Assembly: GCF_006345805.1 (NCBI RefSeq)
Contig: NC_043005.1
Location: 26,040,001-26,104,000, forward strand
Origin: Octopus sinensis
Lineage: Eukaryota
Direction: 5' to 3'
Length of the DNA: 64,000 nucleotides
Part shown: piece after piece, positions 1-12,559 of the stretch
How the letters are laid out: each line of letters opens with the position of its first letter
Numbering within the stretch: the stretch's first letter is position 1
Position numbers and translations under genes: made by a program
The notes under the pieces: generated by a model
The model's database searches: none
What the model was told of the DNA's origin: nothing
What the model saw: the letters and a program-made list of their open reading frames with translations, nothing else

Positions 1-13
1 ACATCGTCACCAG

Positions 14-150
14 TGTTCAACTGGTAATTATTTTATCGACCCCGAAAGAATAAAAGGCAAAATCAACCTAGGCGGATTTTGAACTCAGAACAGACAAAAT
101 ACCGTTAAGTAGTTCTCGTCGTGCTAATGTTTCTGCCAGCTCGCCGCCTT
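14..150 (-). mobile_element. tRNA-derived SINE, family A (head AAGGCGGCGAGCTGGCAGAA...GAGTTCAAATTCCGCCGAGGTCGAC), partial
   Basis: Reverse complement matches about 20 other copies in the window; A-box-like and B-box-like motifs present. Confidence 0.8.
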
Positions 151-404
151 ACCTTATTAAAGGACGTTGTATAGCTGGACTGCTGTGGAAATTCTTAGAG
201 CATTGGCGAAAAGTATTTCTTTATGAGAAGTAAATCAGTAAACAGGTAGGGAGAGTTGAGTCTATAAACACACGAGCACCATCCAGGAAGAAGGTTCTAG
301 TACAGCGTGTAACATAGACATCAGAGAATGGTTAAAGATTTCCGGTGGGAAGATAGACGTGATAATAATCGCTGTTCCCAACGCACCGATTATTATAGGC
401 ATGA

Positions 405-504
405 CCTTCTCCTTCTCCTCCTTCTTCTTCTTCTTCTTCTTCTTCTTCTGCTACTGCTGCTGCTGCTGCTGCTTCTCCTTCTCCTTCTTCTTCTCATTCT
501 TCTT
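405..504. repeat. (CTT)n/(CTG)n microsatellite next to the gap
   Basis: Direct reading. Confidence 0.95.
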
Positions 505-604
505 NNNNNNNNNNNNNNNNNNNNNNNNNNNNNNNNNNNNNNNNNNNNNNNNNNNNNNNNNNNNNNNNNNNNNNNNNNNNNNNNNNNNNNNNNNNNNNNN
601 NNNN
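505..604. other. Assembly gap (100 N)
   Basis: Exactly 100 N; true length unknown. Confidence 0.99.
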
Positions 605-915
605 TCAATTCCCGCCGAGGTCAGCCTTTCGAGATCGATAAAACAAGGGTACCAATAAAGTAATCGATTTCTCCCCACACACACACACACTTCAAAAGCT
701 GCTGGCCCTCTACCAAAGGCGGTTAGTTAGCCGAACTGTTAGCAGTCCGGACAAAATGTTTAGCGGCAATTCTTCCGGCATTACCTTCGGCGTTTAAATT
801 CTACCGAGATCGACTTTGTCTTTCCTACTTTTGGGGTAAATAAAATAAAGGACCAGTACGAGGGGGGGGGATCAATGTAATCGATTATCCCCCTCCCTCC
901 CCAATATTTGTGCCG
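605..915. mobile_element. Family A SINE remnants
   Basis: AATTCCCGCCGAGGTCAGCCTTT, TTAGCGGCAATT and GATCAATGTAATCGATT match family A. Confidence 0.6.
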
Positions 916-929
916 AAATTTGAAATCAT

Positions 930-1120
930 TATTATTATCAGTAGTAGTAGTGGTGGTGGTGGTGGTGGTGGTGGTGGTGGTAGTGGTGGTGTTTGTAGTA
1001 ATAGTAGTGGTGGTAGCAGTAGCAGCAGTAGCGGTAGTGTTGATGGTGGTGGTGGTGGTGATAGTAGTAGTAGTGGTGTTAGTGGTGATGGTGGTGGTGG
1101 TGGTGGTAGTAGTAGTAGTA
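930..1120. repeat. (GGT)n/(AGT)n microsatellite
   Basis: Direct reading; explains the poly-Val and poly-Gly ORFs. Confidence 0.95.
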
Positions 1121-1999
1121 TCTTAAATTCGCTCCTTTCTACCCTCCCTTTCTCTTTTTCTCTCTCTCTAGAAGAAATCTTTTGCGGTTACATTCGAACA
1201 GAAATGGTCTCCACTGTGTTTTGAACGCCCAGGTCAGGCCGTGTGACATCGATGTAGTCGTTAGGAAGAGGTTTCTGCAAATCACAAGGCCATCTTCTGG
1301 GCATCGTGAAGTAGGAGATGTCATACAGATGGCCGCCGGTACGACAACCAAATGTGATCATTCGACTAATTCACTTTTTCACAAACGTGCTTCGGCTGGC
1401 CGGAGTTTAGACACACTGTTTCTTTCTCTGTCTCGAGTTTGAGCTCATTGTCTCCTTTCTATGGCTCTTCGGCTTCTACTATAATGGTTCTTGAACATCT
1501 GAACAAGCAAGCTAAAAGCACAATGTACACGTGGCTCTCCATACTCCATCAACCCTACTCACCTCACAACACTCGCTCAGAACCTAACAAACAATATTCA
1601 GGGACATTTCCTTCATCCCCAGCATAACATCCTTCAATTATAAACTCTGCAGCACTGTACCAATTCCGACATCAACAAGCTAATTTAATAAAAGCACCAT
1701 TCTAACAGAGTCAATTCTCTGTTAAACTCTCTCTATTTTTTTTTTCTTTTACACGTGAATTACTCGAAAATAGCAACGGGGATTCATATAATGGGAAAAC
1801 TGACCGTGCATTGTGTTAATACTAAAGGGAGTTAGCTTAATGGATCTGCAAACCATTGAGGTCCTCGTTCCAATAAGAATCACATTGACAACAGTTAATT
1901 GTCTCCCCTTTATATAATAAAGCTATTTGCTATCCGTAACATCTCTTTACAAGTTTCAAATTTGATTAAGCACCTCTGCTTATATGCACAGCAATATAT

Positions 2000-2270
2000 A
2001 TGTGGGTACATACTGGTGTGTGTGTAACCATGGATGGATGTATGTATGTATGTATGTATGGTGCGTGTTTGTGTGTGTATATACATAAATATATATATAT
2101 GTGTGTGTGTGCGTGTATATATACATCTCTATGTATATATACGTATATGAGTGTGTACATTTATATACATACTAACGTATATATACGCATGTATGCAAAT
2201 GCATCCACAGACACAGACACACACATATATACATATATATACACATATATATATGTAGTATATATATATG

Positions 2271-2303
<33 letters not shown>

Positions 2304-2351
2304 TATATATATGTATGTATGTATGTACGTATATATATATACATATATATT

Positions 2352-2382
<31 letters not shown>

Positions 2383-2504
2383 GTATGTATTATATATTAT
2401 ATGTGTGTGTGGAGATCAGACACATCAAGAGGACATTCATATTTTATTTATATACACTCAAGTTCATTTTATGTTATTACACACAATTGCACATATACAC
2501 TCAA

Positions 2505-2587
<83 letters not shown>

Positions 2588-2600
2588 ATCATAGGTATGC
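2000..2600. repeat. Compound (TA)n/(TATG)n/(TG)n microsatellite
   Basis: Direct reading. Confidence 0.95.
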
Positions 2601-3044
2601 TTGCATGTACTGATGCATGTATGTATGACGTGTTAGCATCAGTATTTAGTGAAGTTGTATGCAATTTTTATGATTACATCTTATCAAGTAAATTGTTGCA
2701 GCACGTCAATGATTAGCTAGAAGATATTACTCCATCCCTCTCTTCTTAATGTGCAGCAAATGAACTTGCTGGCGTATGAAATACAAATTGCTATCACTTG
2801 TAGGTGATAATGACATTTTCTTATCTTCAAATAAAGTTCTCTTTCGCAATTTGTATCCCGAAATTTATTTCACTCAACTTATAGAACTCCTGTTAAATGG
2901 ACAGTCTTTATTACGTCACCCGATTAAAGTCTATGAAAATGACATCATTAAAGCACTGTAGTGAAAAATGCATTGCATTCACCCTATCTCTCTATCTATC
3001 GATCGATCGATCTAGCTATCAATATATATATATATATGTGTGTG

Positions 3045-3365
3045 GTTGAAATTTACAGAAAAACAAAAGACGAAGGCAGATGTATAAACAAGCAGGTGTA
3101 TTAGTTTGACGCTCGGGAAGGTGAGAATGTCTTTTATATTTCGAGCCTACGCTCTTCAACAGAAAGGAACACGAGGAAATAAACAGAGAGAGAATATATA
3201 TATATATATATATATTTGTTATATTTCGAGACGGTCATTTTTATTGCCAAATAAACACATGCACTGTATATTCGTTCTTCACTCGTTTATTACTGCTCAT
3301 ATTTTAACGCATGTGTTTGTCAGGAACTCTTTTGTAACACATCTGTGACCTCTTCAGTGACACTT
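3045..3365 (-). mobile_element. (TA)n-anchored Penelope-LTR-like repeat, family E, with HHR-like motif at 3131-3166
   Basis: Homologous to 40890-41040, 10730-10880 and 61240-61330. Confidence 0.65.
3131..3166 (-). ncRNA. Minimal type I hammerhead-like motif, A6U variant
   Basis: CUUU-CUGUUGA-A-GAGC/GUAG/GCUC-GAAA-UAU-A-AAAG: helix I CUUU/AAAG, helix II GAGC/GCUC, palindromic helix III AUAU. Confidence 0.55.
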
Positions 3366-3674
3366 TCCGACTCCGTGTGTGCTCTTGCTCCACTTATTTC
3401 ATTCTATATATATCTTAATCGATGAAATTCCAGCTTAATCTGATATTCACGTTATACTGTTTGCGATTTTTACAAATTTTTACAATTTTACAAATTTACA
3501 ATATTGAAATAAAATTGTACTTTCATGCGTTACGCAATCATCATGTTTTACTTGTTTCAGACATTAGAGTGCGGCCATGCTGAGGCTCCGCCTTAGTGAA
3601 ATTTTAGTTGAATGAATCGACACCAGTATATTTTTATGTGTTTTAATGACACTAACACAGAAGTGTCAAGAGAG

Positions 3675-3851
3675 TACAATATTTACATTATTTCGCTTTG
3701 ACGGATATTTGTCCTCATCTTGTTTGTTGTTAACTCAACGTTTCAGCCGTTTACTTCAGCCTTCATCAGGTGTCTTGGGGAAATTTCGAACCTAGATTCT
3801 CATTCCTAAGGTATTTTTCGATGTTGTTGTTGTTGTTATTATAATTATTAC

Positions 3852-3932
<81 letters not shown>

Positions 3933-4017
3933 TATGCAGATCACTGCCTGGAATCAAACTCCTTATCTTGGGGTTAGTAGCCTGCGCTCTTAACCACTAC
4001 ACCATATGCCCGTGGGA
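3675..4017 (-). mobile_element. Composite SINE family D: tRNA-like head + (AAT/GAT)n + HHR-containing tail
   Basis: Minus-strand head has A box TGGTGTAGTGG and B-box-like GAGTTTGATTCC; tail matches 21684-21832, 37508-37640 and 42525-42690. Confidence 0.75.
3732..3774 (-). ncRNA. Minimal type I hammerhead ribozyme motif (core intact, one helix I mismatch)
   Basis: GACAC-CUGAUGA-A-GGCUG/AAGUAAA/CGGCU-GAAA-CGU-U-GAGUU. Confidence 0.6.
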
Positions 4018-4254
4018 ATATGTGGACAAATATCCGTCAAATGTAAATAATATAAATAATTTAAATAATGTACATAATTCTTCACCTCTTAAATATAGAA
4101 CTCTGTCTAAAAACCACATTGTACCAAATACCAGTGGTCATTTGTGTGAATAACAGTGTTGTTTTATCTGTAACCTTGTCCTGGTTTCACTCATTGGACT
4201 GCAGCCAATACTTTAAATATTTCCTCAAAGAAATCCAAACAAGTACGTATTTTT

Positions 4255-4525
4255 TCTAAGCCTGGTAGATATTATATCGTCTCTTTTGCCGAACCGCTAA
4301 GTTACGTGGACGAAAACAAACCAAAACCTTTTGCTAATGGGTTGAGATAACAAACACAAAAACACAGAAACACGAGCACATATACATATATGACAGTCTT
4401 CTACACAGTTTCCGTCAACTAAATTCACTCAATGGAGTACTTGCACACGGTACTGCACAGTGGGACTGAACCCGAAACAATATGGCTTGAAAGCTAGCTT
4501 CTTAAACTAACATCCACGCTTGTTA
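4255..4525 (-). mobile_element. tRNA-derived SINE, family C, degenerate
   Basis: CCGAACCGCTAAGTTACG and GTGGGACTGAACCC match family C (58440-58860). Confidence 0.7.
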
Positions 4526-5036
4526 AGAAATTTCATCATTTCCATTAGTTACGGTATGCATTATGGTTCTCCACTTCAGAGCTCTTTCAAGAGAATATAG
4601 CAATTATGTTCAGGTAATAATATAGTATTTCTTTTGTTTTTGTTTTTGTTTTTGTTTTTGTTTTATGGTTTGTTAACCTTACAGAAATTAATGTTTTAAT
4701 GAAATTTTATGAAACTGTGTTAATTAATGTGAAAGAAAGTTCCTCGTATCAGTGATGAAGAAGATAGGAAGATGTTCCAGGAGTTAATGAGTGGGGAGGA
4801 AAGAATTAATGCAGAACAGAAGACAGTAAAGTAGCGAAACACAGAATGATGATACGACAGCACCCCAAATGCAATGTGTTATACATGTTGTTATGCACCG
4901 AATGTGGGATTTAGAGATCGATAAAATATAAATCAATAATATATCAGAAACTTGAATTGATTCAATTGATAATAGCGACATCCCTAATTTCTGACGCTGG
5001 GTCTTTAATAATTAATCTTTTATCTAATTCATTAAT

Positions 5037-5376
5037 GTGAAGGCGCATGGCTCAGTGGTTAGAGCGTCGAGCTTACGATCGTGAGGTTGTGAGCTCGAAT
5101 CCCGGACCGGGCTGCGTGTTGTGTTCTTGAGCAAGACACTTTATTTCACGTTGCTCCAGTTCACTCAGCTGTAGAAATGAGTTGCGACGTCACGAGTGCC
5201 AAGCTGTATCGACCTTTGCCTTTCCCTTGGATAACACTGGTGGCGTGGAGAGGAGAGGCCGATATGCATGGGCGACTGCTGGTCTTCCATAAACAACCAT
5301 GCCCAGACTTGTGACTAGGAGGGTAACTTTCTAGGTGCAATCCCATGGTCTGTGTCGTGACCGAAGGGGGTCCCGG
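5037..5376 (+). mobile_element. Full-length tRNA-derived SINE, family B, with 15-bp TSD
   Basis: Head GGCGCATGGCTCAGTGGTTAGAGCG...GCTCGAATCCC; TSD ATCTAATTCATTAAT at 5022-5036 and 5377-5391. Confidence 0.9.
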
Positions 5377-6289
5377 ATCTAATTCATTAATAATACCGGT
5401 TTCAAATTTAGGCACAAGTCCAGCAATTCTGGTGGAGGTGGTAGGCTGATTACATCGACCCCGGTGTCCCGAAAGGATTGAAAGGCGAAGTAGAGGGAAA
5501 AGGAATTAATAATTCTTATCATTAGTCTTAAAGCTTTCTGATTTCGGTATAGTTATCAATTTTGATTAATCAATACACTCAGCTCTCATACTTGTCAGAT
5601 TCTTTATTTCATGGGCATCAAAAAAAGACGATGGAGGGCAAATTTAAGCTCGATCGGATTTGAAGCCACAACAGTTGCTACAAGGCATCTTTGTTGACGT
5701 TTCTATGCTTTTGCCAAACCGCTGCCATTTTGGCGTATTAGATATAACCTGTGGGTGGGAGGGATGATTTGTAGTTTTCAATCATGTCCCGGTATATTTG
5801 AGACCAATTACCACCAAACATCACCTTCAACCATCATTGTTCCAGGGGTCTTTAAAATAAGCACCACTCATATACTGAGGTACGCTTTTAAATGTACACT
5901 TTCCTCGGAATTTGTTGCCTTGTGTTTATGGTGAAACCGTATCGATTCTGGCTGCCAATTGGCTTGCTTCATATCGTCAGCCACAAGGGGACATGCTCAA
6001 CCTGTTAAGGTCAAACAACTGTCAAGCAAATCTGTGGCATTGGGCAGAATATTTACTGTAGTCCGTCTTTTACACCAAGAAAAAAACAATGTACATGTTA
6101 ACACATCCAACCCGTTAAAATCAATGAGAACCACTGCCTGGTATTGCACCGGGGCATTGATGATGTTAATTATGACGATGAGGTTAATTATGACGATGAT
6201 GATAATGATTTTGATGATTATTATCATTTTTTGGTTTGACTCAAGTTTGTTCTTATTCCGGGTAGGTTTTATATGGACAGTGGTTTATT

Positions 6290-6710
6290 ACCCGTAACCT
6301 TAGATATCTGCAAGTTTTCAGTAGTCTTTCAAGTTGCTTAGAACCCTCCTGATAGTCCTTGCTCTCCCTAAGTGACAAACTTTCTGTAGGATCTCCTTTA
6401 ACCATTTCTCTATATCTTTAGTTACTGTTCCAAACACACCAATTATTTTAAGCACGACCTTTACTGTTCTCATGCTCCAAATTCTTCCAATTTCAAATTT
6501 TAAAGGGTTCTGTTTTCTTTGGGTTTTTTCCCTTTTTCTTTACAATTCTGGAATGAAACAGGCATAAAATGTCGATAAGTAAGCAACTTCACCTTTCCTT
6601 ATCTATGATTGTAATATCCGGTCTATTATTTTCTAACTTCTTGTCTGTTTGGATAGGAAAATCCCACAAAATCTTACATTTCTCCGACTCCAGTACTCTT
6701 TCGACTCGAT
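6290..6710 (-). mobile_element. 3' fragment of an R4/Dong/NeSL-type non-LTR retrotransposon (restriction-like endonuclease)
   Basis: ORF 6589-6876 ends KILWDFPIQTDKKLENNRPDITIIDK, the PD-(D/E)xK region of R2/R4-clade elements. Confidence 0.75.
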
Positions 6711-6748
6711 TATTATTATTATTGTTGTTGTTGTTGTTGTTGTTGTTA

Positions 6749-6791
<43 letters not shown>

Positions 6792-7046
6792 CTATCGTCG
6801 TCGTCATCTTCAACATCATCATCATCGTCGTCGTCGACGTCGTCATCATCGTCATCATCATCATCATCATCTTCATTATTACGCGCTGTTGCTATATTGG
6901 TGTTTGATTCCTCTTCGATTTTTATTGCAGCTGTTGGTAGTGGTATTGCTGATTGTGTATGTATATATATATATATGTGTGTGTAAGTAGAGGTGTGTGT
7001 GCGTGCGTGTGTGTATATGTATATATATATATGTGTGGGGTGTGTG

Positions 7047-7087
<41 letters not shown>

Positions 7088-7103
7088 GTGTGTATGTATG
7101 TGT

Positions 7104-7438
7104 GAAGGCGCATGGCTCAGTGGTTAGAGCGTCGAGCTTACGATCGTGAAGATGTGAGCTCGAATCCCGGACCGGGCTGCGTGTTGTGTTCTTGAGCAAG
7201 ACACTTTATTTCACGTTGCTCCAGTTCACTCAGCTGTAGAAATGAGTTGCGACGTCACAGGTGCCAAGCTGTATCGGCCTTTGTCTTTCCCTTGGATAAC
7301 ACTGGTGGCATGGAGAGGGGAGGCCAGTATGCATGGGCACCTGCGGATCTTCCATAAACAGCCTTACCCGGACTTATGCCTGGGAGGGTAACTTTCTAGG
7401 TGCAATCCCATGGTCTGTGTCGTGACCGAACGGGGTCT
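7104..7438 (+). mobile_element. tRNA-derived SINE, family B
   Basis: Colinear with 5037-5376; lies between microsatellites. Confidence 0.9.
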
Positions 7439-8318
7439 CATGTATGTATGTATGTATGTATGTATGTATGTATGTATGTATACACACACACCCTGTATGT
7501 ATGTATGTATGTATGTATGTATGTATGTATGTATGTATACACACACACCCTTTGTAATATTTACAAAGAATCAGTGCATTTAACTAGTGATTAATACTAA
7601 TACAAATTAACTGGCCTACAAGCATGCAGGTTATACATACAAGTATACATGTATTGCGTATACACATACACACATACACACACAGACGCATACATGTAGG
7701 CAGGCACGGGACGGCGATTAGCGTGCGTATGTGTGTGTTCTGGAATATATGCAAATGTTTTGGGGCATGAGGGAGGGAGGGGTCATACCTTTCGTGCCAA
7801 AACTATTTTCTGCTTGCCACCATGAAAGACAATGTAACACAACCGGCCCTTTCATATCATATTAATATTTCTGTTATATTTGTATTTATTATTTATGTTA
7901 GCTGTTTCTTTTCCCTTGGCAATTCTCATACAAAAGTAACAGACCTTATTTGTATGAATCGATTGGGTTGAGAGCAAATTCCATACATACTCCCACACAA
8001 ACTCACAGACACACACACCACACATACAGACATATACATATATACATACTTATATACATGCATATGTACATATACATATTTACAGACACACAAACATATA
8101 CATATATATATACTTATATACATGGATATATACATATACATATCTACAGGCACACACAGAATTATACATATATACATATTATACATATGCATATATACAT
8201 ACAGATATTTACAGACACACACACACACACGCACATATATATATACATATATACATATACATATGTCCGTATATATATATATATATTAATAAGTATAAGA
8301 TCATATAAGGGCATGTAC

Positions 8319-8363
<45 letters not shown>

Positions 8364-8466
8364 ATATGCGTTGTATATATTTGTGCATATATATTTATGA
8401 TTAACCTCTATATATTTATATATATGTGTGTATCTGTGTGCATTTATGTATGTCAATATTTATATG

Positions 8467-8556
<90 letters not shown>

Positions 8557-9053
8557 CATATATATGCACATGTGTATATATATGTGCATGTGGATGCGTG
8601 TGCCGTATGTGAATGCGTGGGTGCGAGAGGGCGTGAGGGTGTGCATGTGAGAATGTCGTCGCTTGTGCAAGACACTTCAACGAGATATGGTTTTTGGCAG
8701 TGATTCTCTTCGTTTCAATTTGGTGATTGTCCTAATTTGAATGCTATCCATTCTTTGTTTATATCCGTTGCATGTTTTGGGTGGTTAACAGTTCTGTCTT
8801 GTATATGAGTTTCAGCGGTGGAGGCTTGCGTGTGCGCATGCGTGCGTGCGTGCGTTTGTGCGCATGTGTGCGCGTCCGCTCACGCTCGTATATCAGTGTT
8901 GGTACCGAATCCTTTGTTTTTCCTTTTGGTTCTTCTTCTGTTTTGCATTATTCATAATTAACACGTTGGCCAGTTATAGTCAGCATTGTATGTATGTATA
9001 TGCATATATAGATCGACAGACAAACAGATAGACAGACAGACAGGCAGACATGC

Positions 9054-9108
<55 letters not shown>

Positions 9109-9170
9109 CAGACGGACGGACGGACAGACAGACAGACAGACAGACATATACATATATATATATATTCGGA

Positions 9171-9498
9171 GACCCCCTTCGGCCATGACACAGACCATGG
9201 GATTGCACCTAGAAAGTTACCCTCCTAGACACAAGTCCGGGCGAGGTTGTTTATGGAAGACCAGCAGTCGCCCATGCATACCAGCCTCCCCTCTCCACGC
9301 CACCAGTGTTATCCGAGGGTAAGGTAAAGGGGCCGATACAGCTTGGCACCAGTGACGTCGCAACTCATTCTACAGCTGAGTGAACTAGAGCACGTGAAAT
9401 AAAGTGTCTTGCTCAAAAAACACAACACGCAGCCCGGTCCGGGATTCGATCTCACAACCTCACGATCGTAAGCTCGACGCTCTAACCACTGAGCCATA
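9171..9498 (-). mobile_element. tRNA-derived SINE, family B
   Basis: Reverse complement of the 5037-5376 family. Confidence 0.9.
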
Positions 9499-9592
9499 TA
9501 CTACTAATATAGGATGAAATTTTTTTTCCAGAGAAAAATTTCATCAAAAAAGTGGCAGCATATTAGAATACCTTTAAAGGTTAAAATTATAA

Positions 9593-9785
9593 ACAACTTA
9601 TAAACAAGGGCAAAAGAAAATTATGTCTATGCCAATATGCTGATAACAGATTTTTAAATCGTCAATTTCCACATATTATTATACTAATAATGAGTATAAT
9701 AATATGTGGAAATTGACGATTTAAAAGTCTGTTATCAGCGTATTGGCATAGAAATATTTTTCTTTTGCCCTTGTTTATAAGTTGT
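9593..9785. repeat. Foldback palindrome, ~93-bp arms, 7-nt spacer
   Basis: ACAACTTATAAACAAGGGCAAAAG...ATACT aataatg AGTAT...CTTTTGCCCTTGTTTATAAGTTGT; the start of one arm recurs near 43998. Confidence 0.9.
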
Positions 9786-9786
<1 letters not shown>

Positions 9787-9882
<96 letters not shown>

Positions 9883-9950
9883 CAAATAGATAGATAGATA
9901 GATATCATAGATAGGATAGATAGATAGGATAGATAGATAGATAGATAGAG

Positions 9951-9990
<40 letters not shown>
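9787..9990. repeat. (GATA)n microsatellite; similar (TATC)n at 10512-10725 and (CATA)n at 11470-11660
   Basis: Direct reading. Confidence 0.95.
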
Positions 9991-9991
<1 letters not shown>

Positions 9992-10512
9992 CACAGTTCG
10001 AAGCTTTTCGTGCGCTTAGTGTGGCTGTGTGTGCTTCTCTCTCGGTTGTATCATTGGAAACAATGTTATACATGTATGAGTAGCTAACTTTAACGTGTGG
10101 AGTTTTCAAATGTCGTTTGGTGCTTTGGGGGGATTGTCAAATGTTGGTCATTTAAAAGCAGGAATATATATTTGTAGACGCTTCTAAACTGAATGTTAAG
10201 AGTGAAACAGATTACATTCTTTTACTCCTCTGGAATGAAGTAGATGTAGGGTTCTCCATATGCAATAACTTCCCGTTAAATCCACGCCTTCTTGCATCTC
10301 CTTGAAATGTGGTGAAGCTCATTAAAGTATCACTCTGACAGTAATCCCTTAGGGCTTCTTCCGCTGATGTCGATTACTTGATAACAGTACGAAGATGGTT
10401 AGCATTCTGATGGATGTATACTCGTAAAAGAGTAGCATTCACCTCTTATGTTTAGGCAAAGTTTTTAAGAGAAATTTATTATACTTTTCTTGAACTTTAG
10501 CACGGTATGGCA

Positions 10513-10592
<80 letters not shown>

Positions 10593-10925
10593 ATTCTATC
10601 TATCTATCTATCTATCTATCTGTCTATCTATCGATCTATCTATCTATCTATCTATCTTTCTATCTGTCTATCTATCTCTCTATCTATCTATATATCTGTA
10701 TATCTATCTATCTGTCTATCTATCGCCCTGATGGTCCGCGAAACTTTACAAGTTTTTCTTTTTTTTTTCATTGTCTCTCTGTTTATTTTCTCTTATTCCC
10801 TTCTGTTGAAGAGCGAAGGCACGAAACGTAAAAGGCATTTTCATCTTTCCGGTGCGTCAAATAAATACACTTGCTGGTTCAACTATATATATGTATATAT
10901 TTATGTATATATATACATATGTATG

Positions 10926-10981
<56 letters not shown>

Positions 10982-10992
10982 GCATAAATGAA

Positions 10993-11090
10993 TAGGCGCA
11001 GGAGTGGCTGTGTGGTAAGTAGCTTGCTTACCAACGACATTTTCCGGGTTCAGTCCCACTGTGTGGCACCTGGGTCAAGGGTCTCTACTA
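10993..11090 (+). mobile_element. Family C SINE head
   Basis: GGCGCAGGAGTGGCTGTGTGGTAAGTAGCTTGC...GGGTTCAGTCCCAC. Confidence 0.75.
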
Positions 11091-12559
11091 TATGTATGCA
11101 TATGCATGCATGTAGAGATGGATAAGTGTATATGTGTGTATACTTTAAGATTATACGTATATTTGTGAGTATATGTAAGTGTCTATATGATTGTGTGTAT
11201 TTGCATATATGTATAAGGTTATATGTGCATATATGTATCTAAGACATTGTATCTATTCCCCGTTAGACGGTGGTGAGAGGGACAAATGCACACACACACA
11301 CACACGTATATGTATGTGTGTGTCTATATACATGTATATGTGTGTATATATACAACCTTCAACAAAGTAACAGTCATGTATACAACTTGAACTGACGCAT
11401 ATCAGTACATAAACATATACACGTCTACACATTCTCCTAAATAATCACATACATACGTAAGTACATATGTACATACTTATATACATACATACATACATAC
11501 ATACATGCGTATAGACATGCAGACATGCATGCGCACATACATGTACACACATACATACATACGCACATACATACATACATACATACATACATACATACAT
11601 ACATACATACATACATACATACATACATACATACATACATACATACATACATGCACACATACGTACGTACATATATATATATCATGAACTAACTGTTACA
11701 TTCTCAGATGCAGCACGGAATTTTGTCAGTGTGAAAATAGTTTGACAAATTAAATATAAATGTTGAAGTGAATCTAACGGTTTTTGTGTGCTTCTTAAAT
11801 GGCTTATAAACACCTTCCACACTGCAATTGTTTTCGTTCCAGCACACGATCTCAGATCAAGTCACTTTTTATGCAAGTACATCTCCGTAATATATGTATA
11901 TATATATATATATATACATATATATTTATATATATGTGTGTGTGTTTGTGTGTGTGTGTGTGTGCGTGTGTGTGTATATCATATATCATATATCATATAA
12001 TGGTATATATCATGTAATATGATATCAGAATTTATCTCGTGTGCACAGTTGTATGTACGACTGCAGCTGGTGAGTTTAGAGCTCCATATATTACATATCA
12101 TCCCCTGGTCAGGTCACTAGTGTATTTATTAGTATTACTTTTTATGATATGCAGAGCAAACGTAGCGGAAATGATGATAAACAAATTATGATGTTCCACG
12201 TGCGGTTGAGTCATCCAATACAGAAATAGCAAATACAAACAAAAATAGATAAAACACCGTGATGTACACAGGAAACAAATGATATGTATGTATGTATGGA
12301 TGGATGGATGGATAGATATACATATATATTTATGTATGGTTAAACGAGGAGGAAAGTTCCTTAGAAATCAAAAGTTATGGGGGAAAATCAATAAAAAGAA
12401 GCAGGTTGAAATGCCTGGTATGTAATAAAACCAGCCTTTTTTATTATTTTGATATACGAACCATAATATATGACAATGTTTCTTTTTATGTATTTCGACT
12501 TTATTTCTCATCAAAAAATTTTAAAAAATAGTAATCCATCAAAAATTAAGTCCGTCACA

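Noticed and set aside
2000-2716. Long YI/CV/HT-repeat ORFs throughout the window
   Set aside because: Translations of (TA)n, (TG)n and (CATA)n microsatellites
3319-3361. Second HHR-like motif in family E (GUCA-CUGAAGA...UGAC, minus strand)
   Set aside because: Helix I fits, but G12, helix II and the UH site are broken; not supportable without a consensus
5037-5110. SINE heads (families A-D) as additional tRNA genes
   Set aside because: No complete acceptor stem; each continues into a conserved SINE body, some with TSDs
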